Below, in pieces: positions 8,823 to 17,002 of a stretch of DNA of 48,261 bases. Each line of letters opens with the position of its first letter. Within the stretch, counting starts at the first letter, position 1. This DNA is from a virus. The notes beneath the pieces are model-generated. The model was not told where the DNA came from, ran no database searches, and worked only from the letters and a program-made list of their open reading frames with translations. The stretch spans positions 1 to 48,261 of IMG/VR virus record IMGVR_UViG_3300045988_064045, one strand, 5' to 3'. A program made the translations under genes and the position numbers.

Positions 8823-9424
8823 TTCACCTTCGTGTTATCACGGTTGTCATCATACATCTGGATCAGATCCGGCTCGTACTCTCTGACACAGTCATGCATC
8901 TTGACAGCCAGTTCTCGGACCTCCCACTGAGCATTATTGCCAAGACGAAGGTCAAAGAAGTGGAACAGCTCCCTGAAGTTAGTCGTCACCATCAAGTTAG
9001 TCTTAGTTGCTTCTGGGAGATAGAACCTCGCGTCCTCTGGTTTGAAACCAGCTTCAAGAGCAGCTTTGTACTCACGAGCACATGTCTGCATATGCTCACG
9101 GAAGTCTTCTTCGAAGTCCTTGACTCCATTGATCTCGGGAGGCACCACGTACCAGTCGTCACCAGAGAAGTTATATTTAATATACCGCTGGCTTTCTTGA
9201 CAGAAGCTCATCAGACGATGACGTACGAGTTGGTGTGAACATGCACGGGAGATACCGGAGATCTTGAACTGCACCTGAGCATGTTCTAGGATCGAAGTGT
9301 GTCCTACACCGTAACAAGACCGGATCCTCTTCAACGAGACGTCGTCTTTACCGTAACAGAGACCTGCTGCCAGACTGATCTGAGCTATCGGATCTGAACT
9401 GATGCTCACAATCTGTACTTCCAT
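8819..9424 (-). CDS. thyX: flavin-dependent thymidylate synthase ThyX
   Basis: ThyX signature RHRxxSxxxxSxR is present as LVRHRLMSFCQESQRY. Confidence 0.8.
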   Translation of the reverse strand: MEVQIVSISSDPIAQISLAAGLCYGKDDVSLKRIRSCYGVGHTSILEHAQVQFKISGISRACSHQLVRHRLMSFCQESQRYIKYNFSGDDWYVVPPEINGVKDFEEDFREHMQTCAREYKAALEAGFKPEDARFYLPEATKTNLMVTTNFRELFHFFDLRLGNNAQWEVRELAVKMHDCVREYEPDLIQMYDDNRDNTKVK

Positions 9425-9500
9425 CTTTTCCTCCTATTGATATGGGAAAAGCCGACCATCTCTAATCGGCTCCATTCATACCTGTGATTGTCAACCGAGA

Positions 9501-10079
9501 CTAGATGTCCCAGTCGTCCTCCTCGACCTCGGGCTCCTTCTCGATGACGGGCTCAGCCTTCGCAGCATCGTCCTTGAGCAGGATGTCCTTGTAGAAAGCC
9601 GCCTTCTGACGGGCCTTCACGTCGATGCAACGCTCCTTGCACATCTTGAACAGTTCACGGGCATTCATGCCGTCGTACGGAGTCGGGTCCTCAGGCTCGG
9701 CATCCATCTTCTCCTCGACTGGCTCCTTGGCCTTCTTCTCAGCCTTGGCCTTCTTGACGGGCTTCTTAGTCTCAGTCTCGGGCTCAGACTCGACCTTGGC
9801 ATCGTGCTCGCCCTCGACCTCAACGTCCTCCTCACCATCGAAGTCAGCGGAGGCATGCTCACAAAGGACCTTCTGTGCCTTACGGGCATTTACATAGTCC
9901 GGCATGAGCTTGGTCATCTCGAGGACGGTGTCCTTGGAGGTAGCCATGAGCTTGGCAAGATGGACAGTGAGCTGTCCGTAGCGGCCGACCATGTCCTTGA
10001 ACACCGCGGGATCCAGGGTGCCCTCATCGTACTTGACCATGTTCTGGACGAACTCATTGAAACTGTAGTTGACTGCCAT
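9501..10079 (-). CDS. hypothetical acidic protein with C-terminal HeH/SAP-like module and DDW tail (GC-rich gene)
   Basis: Track ORF 9501..10127, but promoter d's -10 lies at 10131-10136, so the start is more likely ATG 10079 (MAVNYSF) with GGAAGAAGAAA RBS. Lys/Ala/Glu-rich centre. C-terminus YDGMNARELFKMCKERCIDVKARQKAAFYKDILLKDD...EEDDWDI is paralogous to the C-terminus of the 23828..24634 protein. Confidence 0.45.
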   Translation of the reverse strand: MAVNYSFNEFVQNMVKYDEGTLDPAVFKDMVGRYGQLTVHLAKLMATSKDTVLEMTKLMPDYVNARKAQKVLCEHASADFDGEEDVEVEGEHDAKVESEPETETKKPVKKAKAEKKAKEPVEEKMDAEPEDPTPYDGMNARELFKMCKERCIDVKARQKAAFYKDILLKDDAAKAEPVIEKEPEVEEDDWDI

Positions 10080-10129
10080 TTTCTTCTTCCAATCTACTTT
10101 GATCTTCGGCGGAGACCCGCCCTTCATTA

Positions 10130-10142
10130 CATTATATCACAG
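10130..10142 (-). promoter_or_regulatory. extended -10 promoter TGTGATATAATG, family member d
   Basis: Plus strand cattatatcacag. The flanks are shared with site e (agttct...ctgtctcgacaa). Confidence 0.55.
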
Positions 10143-10144
10143 TT

Positions 10145-10417
10145 CTAAGAAGACTGTCTCGACAATGCCATCTCGTAAGCACTGTCTACCATGTCTCGAA
10201 AAGCCTTCAAGTCATCGACCGTCTTGAGCCAGGTGTTGGTGCCCTTCGGGTGTGTCTCGTATGTCTGACCAGAACTGTTAGTCAATGTCACAGCCGGCCC
10301 GATGAGGAAACCACCATTTGGAGACTCCGTGATTACTAGACTCTTAGCAGAACTCGTCTTCAACCGCCCGAGCTCGAAGTAGCCGTTGGAGTTACTCGTC
10401 GTCTCCCCAGTCGTCAT
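10145..10417 (-). CDS. hypothetical protein
   Basis: Track ORF 10145..10456 overlaps the upstream gene; an internal Met start is likely. Confidence 0.3.
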   Translation of the reverse strand: MTTGETTSNSNGYFELGRLKTSSAKSLVITESPNGGFLIGPAVTLTNSSGQTYETHPKGTNTWLKTVDDLKAFRDMVDSAYEMALSRQSS

Positions 10418-10781
10418 CGTCATCATCCACCTCCTCCTCAATGTCACAAGAAGCAACTACGCTGAACTCAGACACATCATCAGTCGTAAACGGAAGCATG
10501 TGCAACACGTCCATGTCTACAAAGTCAGACAAGCCCTTGAACTTGATCTTGCTAGTACCGTCATGATTGATACCGATGAAGTCGAGCAACATCTCACCGA
10601 CGACCATCTGTTTAGAACCAGGGACATTAGCTACAAGCTTGGTGTTCTGGTTGAGCATCTGGGTGAGCTGGACGACATTAGCCAGCTCAGAATACTTACT
10701 AGACAAAGTCAAGCCGACTTTGCCGTTCGCGTTCTGGTTGTAGCCGCCGTTGGAGACTACGATCTTGACTTCTACTTTCAT
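10392..10781 (-). CDS. hypothetical protein with poly-Asp/Trp C-terminal tail
   Basis: 129 aa. C-terminus CDIEEEVDDDDDDWGDDE. Confidence 0.4.
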   Translation of the reverse strand: MKVEVKIVVSNGGYNQNANGKVGLTLSSKYSELANVVQLTQMLNQNTKLVANVPGSKQMVVGEMLLDFIGINHDGTSKIKFKGLSDFVDMDVLHMLPFTTDDVSEFSVVASCDIEEEVDDDDDDWGDDE

Positions 10782-11266
10782 AATGCAGACTTCCCTTCCC
10801 TGCGATACTTCTGCCGGATCGACTCGAGGTACTTTTCTCTCGAACTCGAACTCGACTTGACTACATTCCGTGGTGTTTCCATACCATCATCTGAGGCATC
10901 CAGAAGCCCTCTGAGGCCACTTGTGTCTTCACATGAGTATATACCTGTGTCAAGGTATTCTGCCACCTCCTGTAGCTCCTCAGGCCTTACGAGTAAGTAG
11001 ATCTCATTTGACTTGAGGAACTGGATTGCAAACACCGGGATCTTCTTGTCGGTGAAAGCATGGACTTGAAGTTTGTCCAAGTCCAGCTTGTGCACCGAGA
11101 TGGAGTTGGCATCTGTAGACTTGAGCTGGCACAAGACGTGCTCGTTCTCACCATCTTCTTTAGCAACCCATCCATTGCCACTTCCGGGGACTTGCTTCAT
11201 CCCCAGAGACTCCATCACCTCGGCTTCGTTCTTGTAGTAGAACCTTCCGGACCGACCGGGCATCAC
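10778..11266 (-). CDS. PD-(D/E)xK nuclease, Hjc/RecU-like (putative)
   Basis: EAEVMESLGMKQVPGSGNGWVAKEDGENEHVLCQLKST resembles the Hjc-type E...GSG...D...(E/Q)xK arrangement. Confidence 0.35.
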   Translation of the reverse strand: MMPGRSGRFYYKNEAEVMESLGMKQVPGSGNGWVAKEDGENEHVLCQLKSTDANSISVHKLDLDKLQVHAFTDKKIPVFAIQFLKSNEIYLLVRPEELQEVAEYLDTGIYSCEDTSGLRGLLDASDDGMETPRNVVKSSSSSREKYLESIRQKYRREGKSAL

Positions 11267-11568
11267 ATACCCCTTGCCGACTCTGAAGCCATGTAGGAGA
11301 CCTGAGCCAACGTGTCAGATACTTCCTCGCATGCCTTCACCAACTGAAGCATACCTGTCGCACAGACCATCGGAACATTGTTCGGATCATGTGCATCTAC
11401 CTTTGTCAAGAAAGTGACTGGCATGAAGCCGTTGGAGAACGGGATCACACTCTGGACCACCCAGTCTGACTCAGCATCGTCCCTCATGAACAAGAAACCG
11501 GCGTAGGTGAACTGGATGCAGTTCTTACCGTCATAGACTCGACCATCAAGGTCTCCAAGCTTAATCAT
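11263..11568 (-). CDS. hypothetical protein
   Basis: Track ORF 11263..11610. The likely start is the internal MIKLGDLDG. Confidence 0.35.
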   Translation of the reverse strand: MIKLGDLDGRVYDGKNCIQFTYAGFLFMRDDAESDWVVQSVIPFSNGFMPVTFLTKVDAHDPNNVPMVCATGMLQLVKACEEVSDTLAQVSYMASESARGM

Positions 11569-11944
11569 TCGAAGGCCTCTCCATCTCGTAGACACTGTAG
11601 ATCTTGTCAATGATCTTCTCAGACTCGAACTTAGCTACGATGTCGGCATCACCCTTGAAGTCATGCGAAGCCAGGAACTTAGCCATCCGCTCGATCTCGT
11701 TCGCGATCTTGTCGAACTTACTGGGCTCATGGGATATGAGCTGAGTCGGGTTGAGCTTGATCATTTCGCAGACGTCAATGTTGTCGCCGTCATTGAATAC
11801 CGCACTGCGATTGCACCAGACGTAGTCTTTCGAAACTGCCACGACGGTGAATGCTTCACCATCTGCTGCGTTGAAGAACACGGCGCTGGAACCGGGGATG
11901 AGATCCTTGCCGTCCTGAGACTTCGGGTATTCCATAGTTGCCAT
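11561..11944 (-). CDS. hypothetical protein (127 aa)
   Basis: ATG at 11944 with GGAAGGAAAG RBS; about 60 nt downstream of promoter e. Confidence 0.4.
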   Translation of the reverse strand: MATMEYPKSQDGKDLIPGSSAVFFNAADGEAFTVVAVSKDYVWCNRSAVFNDGDNIDVCEMIKLNPTQLISHEPSKFDKIANEIERMAKFLASHDFKGDADIVAKFESEKIIDKIYSVYEMERPSND

Positions 11945-12008
11945 CTTACTTTCCTTCCTCTGAAGACTTACTGGGAGGGGAGCAACTTTCCGTCACTCCC
12001 CTCGGTAA

Positions 12009-12021
12009 CATTATATCACAG
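12009..12021 (-). promoter_or_regulatory. extended -10 promoter TGTGATATAATG, family member e (overlaps the stop codon of the upstream gene)
   Basis: Plus strand cattatatcacag. Confidence 0.55.
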
Positions 12022-12231
12022 TTCTGCTCGTTCTCTGTCGAGAACACACAAGAAGTAGTGGAAAAGCGTGTTCAATGCTACTTCCAAAGCAAACTTGTCC
12101 GAGACCTTGACTGAAGCACTGTAGATCTCTTCGACCAGATCGCTGTCTTCCAAAGCCGGCTTCACGTACTGTGGGTTCAAGTGGTCCTCAAGGATCGGGA
12201 GAACTACTTGCTGCTTGTAGCTAAGTCCCAT
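12016..12231 (-). CDS. hypothetical protein (about 71 aa)
   Basis: Track ORF 12016..12315. The likely start is the internal MGLSYKQQ. Confidence 0.3.
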   Translation of the reverse strand: MGLSYKQQVVLPILEDHLNPQYVKPALEDSDLVEEIYSASVKVSDKFALEVALNTLFHYFLCVLDRERAEL

Positions 12232-12248
12232 TCTAGCTTCAACTCCTT

Positions 12249-12485
12249 CTAGATCTCGACGTAGAAGACGCGGCCGTCGTAGAGCTTCACTGCATTGACC
12301 AGGAAACCGTTCCAATTGTCGACGAACACGTTCTTGACCTTGGAGAGCGAGATGCGAAGGGTCTCACCATCGAACGAGGTGAAGAAAGTGTCGGTGTCCT
12401 CTTCCATCTCCTTGATGTCGTCATCGGTGTAGAAGTCGTAGCAGATGGAAACGTTCTTCTGCTTGAGGCTCTTGGTAGGTTTCAT
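12249..12485 (-). CDS. hypothetical protein (78 aa); first gene of the early block
   Basis: ATG at 12485 with AGGAG RBS; 50 nt downstream of promoter f. Confidence 0.4.
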   Translation of the reverse strand: MKPTKSLKQKNVSICYDFYTDDDIKEMEEDTDTFFTSFDGETLRISLSKVKNVFVDNWNGFLVNAVKLYDGRVFYVEI

Positions 12486-12537
12486 TTTGAACTCCTGTCT
12501 CTCTAGACTACTGGAAACCCGCCGGATTGGCGTGATT

Positions 12538-12553
12538 CCATAGTATCACAAAG
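12538..12553 (-). promoter_or_regulatory. extended -10 promoter (TGA TACTAT), family member f, with upstream A8 tract and TTGCTGATTCTG box
   Basis: Plus strand ccatagtatcacaaag. Upstream on the minus strand is AAAAAAAATGCAAATTCTGCTGATTCTG, and the same box occurs at promoter a. Confidence 0.45.
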
Positions 12554-12675
12554 AACTGAGCAGAATCAGCAGAATTTGCATTTTTTTTGATAGACCATAG
12601 AAACAGGCAAGAATCTAAGCTTTTTGAACAAGAAGAGATAGATAAAAGCTAGTAAGACATGCAATATATAGAACA

Positions 12676-12845
12676 AAAGCCCAGATCTATATTGGATCTG
12701 AGCTTGTTATTTAATATCTGCTATGTCTGCTATCTGCTATGCTTATATCTATATCTGTTTCTCTCTTGTCTAAACAGCTATTATCTAACGTTGGCTTCTG
12801 TCTCTCGGGTCGTGCCGTTTGGCCTGTTTGGCCGCCCTACGGACA
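12676..12845 (-). ncRNA. candidate about 170-nt non-coding RNA (promoter k to intrinsic terminator), carrying a GC-rich 5' structure and 3x AUAGCAG repeats
   Basis: Extended -10 TGTTATAAT at 12852-12860 (minus strand). No ATG in the transcribed stretch. Terminator GCUCAGAUC-caauaua-GAUCUGGGC plus UUUUGUUCU at about 12676-12706. Confidence 0.3.
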
Positions 12846-13053
12846 AGGCCGATTATAACATAAGCCTAAAATTCTTGTAGATCTCACTTTTTCTCATCTG
12901 GACAAGTCCATGACTTCAATGGACATATCCAGCATAGCCAGATCTAGAAAACTCAGATTCTCAACTACTTCTACATGGAGAAAATTATACAAAACTTATA
13001 CAATTCAGATGTCCTCTGCGGAAGGCACTCATTGACTATGGGTATACATAAAT

Positions 13054-13074
13054 AAAGCCCCGTAAAGGGGCTTT
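13054..13074 (-). terminator. hairpin AAAGCCCC-GUAAA-GGGGCUUU followed by an A/U-rich run; terminator after the RuvC-like gene
   Basis: Perfect 8-bp stem directly downstream of the 13116 stop. Confidence 0.45.
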
Positions 13075-13115
13075 AGATGAGGACTGGATGCCTCTGGTAT
13101 ATGTTGTGGGTATAT

Positions 13116-13733
13116 CTATTCAATGGGCTTCAACACGGCTGGATCACATCTCACCAGGCATTGGGAGATAGCCATGGCATCACAGACATTGTCGTCGATG
13201 TGCAACTTCTTTCCAGACTTAGACATGAACGTGCCCTTGTTCTTACGCTTGGACTTGACTTCTGATATGAAACTGCTCTTCATGTGTTTCTGTGTCCGCA
13301 TTGCCCATTCTACAGTCGGGAACTTGTTCTCATTGACACCATACGAGTTCTGAGCTGGCTTGTTTGAACCAACCACTGCTGACTTCCAAGCGCGTGTGTC
13401 GACTGTGTAGACTGGGATAGACGGGAACTTAGACTTGACTGTGTCTTCGATAGACCCGTTCAATGACCCAGTAGCACGGATGTAGGAGATGCCGAGATTG
13501 TTCTGCGAGAAAGTCCGCATCCTCTCGTACACGACTGCATCTGGACTGTACTCATCCAGAAGCCTTATTAAAACTGCAGATACTGCTGCACGCTTCTCCC
13601 ACTTCTTCTTGCACGAGGAGAAGTCAACTGCTTCAGCATGGACTACCTTCATGCCCCTTGATACTGCGACAGCAGTCTCGGTGTAAGACTGGTCGATACC
13701 GATACAGACTATGTCAGATGTAGATCCCATCAT
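13116..13733 (-). CDS. ruvC: RuvC-family Holliday-junction resolvase
   Basis: N-terminal DIVCIGIDQSYTETAVAV (catalytic Asp region) and C-terminal DDNVCDAMAISQC (terminal catalytic Asp motif). The track's N-terminal MSSGGLIERI is a translation of the palindromic element; the likely start is MMGSTSD. Confidence 0.65.
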   Translation of the reverse strand: MMGSTSDIVCIGIDQSYTETAVAVSRGMKVVHAEAVDFSSCKKKWEKRAAVSAVLIRLLDEYSPDAVVYERMRTFSQNNLGISYIRATGSLNGSIEDTVKSKFPSIPVYTVDTRAWKSAVVGSNKPAQNSYGVNENKFPTVEWAMRTQKHMKSSFISEVKSKRKNKGTFMSKSGKKLHIDDNVCDAMAISQCLVRCDPAVLKPIE

Positions 13734-13752
13734 GATCCTTTCTATGAGGCCA

Positions 13753-13767
13753 CCAGATGACATCTGG
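13753..13767. promoter_or_regulatory. 15-bp palindrome CCAGATGACATCTGG (copy 2 of 3) between the candidate promoter and the RBS of the RuvC-like gene
   Basis: Perfect 7-1-7 inverted repeat, embedded in a larger near-palindrome GAGGtCCAGATGtCATCTGGtgGCCTC. Confidence 0.5.
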
Positions 13768-13802
13768 ACCTCTTTGACTTCTAATAGGTATATTCTATAG
13801 GC

Positions 13803-13842
13803 TCATATAGAAAAGGGGCCACAGAAAGGATCTGGTAGCCCC
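13803..13842 (-). terminator. intrinsic terminator (GGGGC-N18-GCCCC plus UUUUCUAUAU) after the Cas4-like nuclease gene
   Basis: Plus strand aaaaggggccacagaaaggatctggtagcccc. On the minus strand the stem is followed by the U-tract. Confidence 0.55.
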
Positions 13843-13851
13843 AAGTATAGA

Positions 13852-14676
13852 CTATAGACGGACACGCCCACCAGGTAGACCCCAACAACTGTCTTGGCAG
13901 GGGCAAGTCTTACATCTCTTGCAAGTAGGAGACTTTGCATCAGATGGACGTGAGACGAGTTTATGGTCATCGACTAGACGACGGTAAGCCCAGACAATCT
14001 GCTCAGCACGGTCAATGAATGGAGCTACTAGCTTGGGGTCATAGTCATAGACCTCAATCCTGAACTCCTGACTGTTCTTGTCGTCAGATAGGACGAAGCC
14101 CTTGTGGATGCCAGTCAAATGCATGTACCACTGGCACTGCTTCCAAGCTGAGGGATGCTTGGTCTGTTTTTTAAAAGAGAAGGTGTTGACTGACTTGATC
14201 TCACCGACCATAAGACCGTCATAGAACTCGGGGACACGACAGATGATGTCTGGAGTGTAGGACATCATGTACTTGTCGGAGAACTGTGTGTTGTCTAGCT
14301 GGTCCCATGTAGAATAGCCAGCACGGATCAGAAGTCTCTGCCACTTCTCATGGACTGCGTTGCCCTCTTCAAAGATCCTCATCAAGCCGATTGAAGTCTG
14401 TTCTCCTTGCTTCATGTGGTAGACAAGTGAGAGGACTTGCTGCCTGCAACAGAACGAGTTCTCAGATACCAACATCGCACTAGCATGGAGACCGACTCGC
14501 TCCTGAGACTCAGCACCTCGAGTCATCACATTACGTAGGAACTTGACTTCATTCTCGATATCTTTGTCAAGGTAGAACATCTTGTTGAAGATGTGGGCCA
14601 ACTTCTCAGCTTCACTAGTCTGAACAACTATCTTCTTCGAAGCAGCCTGTTTTTTAATATCGTCTACTACACCCAT
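13852..14676 (-). CDS. Cas4/RecB-like PD-(D/E)xK exonuclease with C-terminal 4-Cys (Fe-S) cluster
   Basis: C-terminal CKRCKTCPCQDSC cluster. Central ...DIICR...GEIKS...QCQWYMHL region is typical of RecB-family nuclease cores. Sits in a recombination module beside the RecA-like gene. Confidence 0.55.
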   Translation of the reverse strand: MGVVDDIKKQAASKKIVVQTSEAEKLAHIFNKMFYLDKDIENEVKFLRNVMTRGAESQERVGLHASAMLVSENSFCCRQQVLSLVYHMKQGEQTSIGLMRIFEEGNAVHEKWQRLLIRAGYSTWDQLDNTQFSDKYMMSYTPDIICRVPEFYDGLMVGEIKSVNTFSFKKQTKHPSAWKQCQWYMHLTGIHKGFVLSDDKNSQEFRIEVYDYDPKLVAPFIDRAEQIVWAYRRLVDDHKLVSRPSDAKSPTCKRCKTCPCQDSCWGLPGGRVRL

Positions 14677-15507
14677 CTACTCACAACCTTTCTGGAACCA
14701 GACTCCTACGAGAGCCAGATGGCCCTCAAGCTGTTCCATGTCAATCGAACTCACTTCTTCTAAGTCAGTACCCCAACTGTGCCTGATGACTTTGTTCTCG
14801 TACTTCTTCGGGATGCACATGTCATCAAGACCGTAACAGCTTCTGGCGACACGCCTTGCTTGGCGTTCAGACATTGCCCCTGACTCCATCAACAACATCA
14901 CTGCTTCTTCTGGGTCCATGTCCTGGTCTAGAAGCTCAGGAGACAGACACATGTAAGACGAGATGCTGGCCAACTTGACTCCCAACTGCCCCGAGAACAA
15001 TCTCCTCAATTGTGGGATGTGCTCAGCAAGTTCTTCTGGAGTCGGAGTCGGGTACCATCTGAAACTGCCTGCATTCGGGAAGTTCTTGACCTTCTCACCA
15101 CAACATTCTAGACAGACAAGATCATACCTCTTCTTTGCTTCAAAGCTTGTGCAATGGTCCCAGACCAAGTTTGACAAGATCGCGTCCATCGGCTCCAACT
15201 TTAGCAAGTGGGCTCTGTCGACGTTCTCGTGTACTGGCATCGGGAACTTAGAAGACATCCTCGGGATCTGCGTGTAGTCGTAAGACAAGTCGAGATAGTT
15301 GAACCAATAGTCAAAGAACCCGTCTTCCTTGCCAGACACACAGAGTCTGTTCTTGCCTGACTGGAACATGCGGACCAGCTTCTTACCAGACTTGACAAAG
15401 TAGGAGAATGAGTCTGATACAGGACTGTACCGGCGAGTCCAAGAAAAGCACTGCTTTGACTTGAACGTGTCGTCAAGTGAGAAGCCCGGCACCTCTATAC
15501 ACATCAT
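14677..15507 (-). CDS. hypothetical protein; weak HhH-like segment (EEAVMLLMESGAMSERQARRVARSCYGLDD)
   Basis: 276 aa. Resembles HhH-GPD glycosylases only at motif level, so low confidence. Confidence 0.25.
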   Translation of the reverse strand: MMCIEVPGFSLDDTFKSKQCFSWTRRYSPVSDSFSYFVKSGKKLVRMFQSGKNRLCVSGKEDGFFDYWFNYLDLSYDYTQIPRMSSKFPMPVHENVDRAHLLKLEPMDAILSNLVWDHCTSFEAKKRYDLVCLECCGEKVKNFPNAGSFRWYPTPTPEELAEHIPQLRRLFSGQLGVKLASISSYMCLSPELLDQDMDPEEAVMLLMESGAMSERQARRVARSCYGLDDMCIPKKYENKVIRHSWGTDLEEVSSIDMEQLEGHLALVGVWFQKGCE

Positions 15508-15737
15508 CTCGGGTGCCTTTCTCGATAGGTAGCAGCACGTTTGATGTAGGTATCTGCTTTGTCAAGGTCTTCATCAGCAGATTCTCCCACTTTAGACCCT
15601 GCACGGTACCTGTACTTCCATGCGCACAGAGCATAGTAGGACTTCACCATCTCCTCGGGGAACACTGCTTCCATCTCGTCCCAGCATTCCATCGGATGGA
15701 CTTTGTAGTGGTCGGGATCTTGCTTACTCATCTCCAA
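15504..15737 (-). CDS. DUF3310-like small phage protein
   Basis: HYKVHPMECWDEME ... YALCAWKYRYRAGSK ... DLDKADTYI is the pattern I associate with DUF3310. Confidence 0.45.
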   Translation of the reverse strand: MEMSKQDPDHYKVHPMECWDEMEAVFPEEMVKSYYALCAWKYRYRAGSKVGESADEDLDKADTYIKRAATYRERHPR

Positions 15738-16674
15738 CTGCCTCCATGTCTTTCTTAGTCACACGCCTTCCGAACTGCTCAGCCCTAGCCTTCATCAGTT
15801 CCTTCCTGATAGGTTGGACATCATCAAAGGAGACGAAGCCACGGTCAAAGAAAAGCGGGACGATGCACTCTCCGTACGGGTTGCACACCTTAGACTTCGT
15901 GACCTTGAACTTCATCAGAAGTCCGACCCTCTCGTTAGCAGCACTGTTGCGCGGGTCTTTGTTCGGGATCTCGATCCACTGGCGACGAGCAACTTGTATT
16001 CGAAGTGAACAGGCGTGTTTCAGCTTGTGTCCACCGGGTGTGTCTGTCTTCTCGCCGAATGCCATGGCGTTCATCTTGTCTCGGACTTGGTTGATGAAGA
16101 TCAACGTGGTGCCAGACTGCTCCAAGGCTATCTCTATGGGAGGGAGGTACTTTGTCAACAGACGGGGAATACCACCGATCCTGAACTCCTCGATCGAATC
16201 ATGACTTGCAGCTTTCTCGATCTTCTCCGCGTCATCTTTGGGGAACAGAGACGGGACTGAGTCGATGCCGATGATCGGGATACCAGCTCTAGCAAACTTC
16301 AATGTCTTGTTCATGGCGTCTTCACCATACTTGGCTCTGTACACGAGAAGTTGCTTCGGCCTGTTCCCGAAGACCTTAGCACGGTCAGCGTCAAAAGTAC
16401 CCTCAACTGGGATGTCCAATGCGAGTTGGTGGAGACCCATCAGATGGTAGAGTAATGTAGTCTTACCACTTGACTCAGCTCCATAGATCTCGACTACTCG
16501 TCCCTCCGGCATACCACCACCTATGATCGCGTCAAGGTCTTCGATGCCAGTAGACCATCTCTTGATGTCAAGGTTGGCATGCTTTGAACCTAGGGAATAG
16601 ACTGTGCCCTCACCTTCCTTCTTGTTGATGTCAGCGCACAACTTCATGATTGCTTCTTTGTCTGTCTTCGGCAT
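15724..16674 (-). CDS. RecA-family recombinase (UvsX/Sak4-like ATPase)
   Basis: [23 protein letters not shown] matches RecA [24 protein letters not shown]. The track N-terminus is spurious; the start is ATG 16674 (MPKTDKEAI) with GGAAGGAAG RBS. Confidence 0.75.
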   Translation of the reverse strand: [316 protein letters not shown]

Positions 16675-16735
16675 CTTCTTCCTTCCTTCTAGACAGGAAA
16701 GGGGCCAGCCCCTAGTTTGGAGCCAGCCCCTAGTA

Positions 16736-16906
16736 TCACATGTAGATGTAGTAGTCAGCGAGGGAATCAGGGTCTGCTGTGACCCATTTAGCCATGCTGG
16801 TGTTGTATGGATAGTCACCGTAGTAACCGTCGAAGACCTCAAGCCCGTCCATGTAGATCACGACTATTGACTCAGGGTCTATCTCAGGTATCATGTCTAT
16901 ACTCAT
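16736..16906 (-). CDS. small hypothetical protein (56 aa)
   Basis: AGGAGGCAAA-ATG at 16906 (MSIDMIPEID...); downstream of promoter j. Confidence 0.4.
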   Translation of the reverse strand: MSIDMIPEIDPESIVVIYMDGLEVFDGYYGDYPYNTSMAKWVTADPDSLADYYIYM

Positions 16907-16963
16907 TTTGCCTCCTAGCATCTTGGCTTTTCTTGCCGTAGCTCCCGAAGAAGCTTTTGAAAC

Positions 16964-16992
16964 ATTATAAGCCAATCTACACTTGAAGTAAA
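16964..16992 (-). promoter_or_regulatory. sigma70-like promoter j (TTTACT-17-TATAAT) on the minus strand
   Basis: -10 is the revcomp of 16964-16969; -35 is the revcomp of 16987-16992. Confidence 0.4.
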
Positions 16993-17002
16993 CAATAAGT
17001 TT

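Larger units (their letters stand above)
12486..13115. other. largest non-coding region (about 630 bp): iterons, inverted repeats, GC-rich island; candidate replication origin or regulatory hub
   Basis: No minus-strand ORF. 3x CTGCTAT plus 2x TATATC direct repeats (12715-12757). Inverted repeats CAGATC-N7-GATCTG and GTCCAT-N7-ATGGAC. Tandem GTTTGGCC x2 inside a GC-rich island in otherwise AT-rich sequence. Confidence 0.5.

Noticed and set aside
10895-10925. Extra GAGGCC/CCAGAAG-like motif copies inside ORFs (10895-10925 and 29461-29485)
   Set aside because: They match the family only partially and lie in mid-gene, so they are probably chance.
10386-11000. Plus-strand 204-aa ORF, and similar plus-strand ORFs at 15620..16204 and 33768..34289
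   Set aside because: They are antisense to well-supported minus-strand genes (RecA-like, tape measure and others). They have no RBS and no motifs.
12659-12880. 73-aa plus-strand ORF inside the non-coding hub
   Set aside because: It is a translation of the iteron and AT-rich repeats (the LCLYLYLFL run), with no RBS. The region is better explained as regulatory.
13733-13763. Track N-terminal extensions MSSGGLIERI (RuvC-like), MQLGGLRCHLVAS (1455..2012) and ...HLVAS (6741..7058)
   Set aside because: The shared HLVAS peptide is just the palindromic or stem-loop DNA element read in frame. The real starts, each with an RBS, lie downstream.
15724-16842. 56-aa Ser/Thr-rich N-terminal extension on the RecA-like ORF
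   Set aside because: A strong RBS and ATG (MPKTDKEAI) at 16674 match RecA N-termini. The extension has no RBS.
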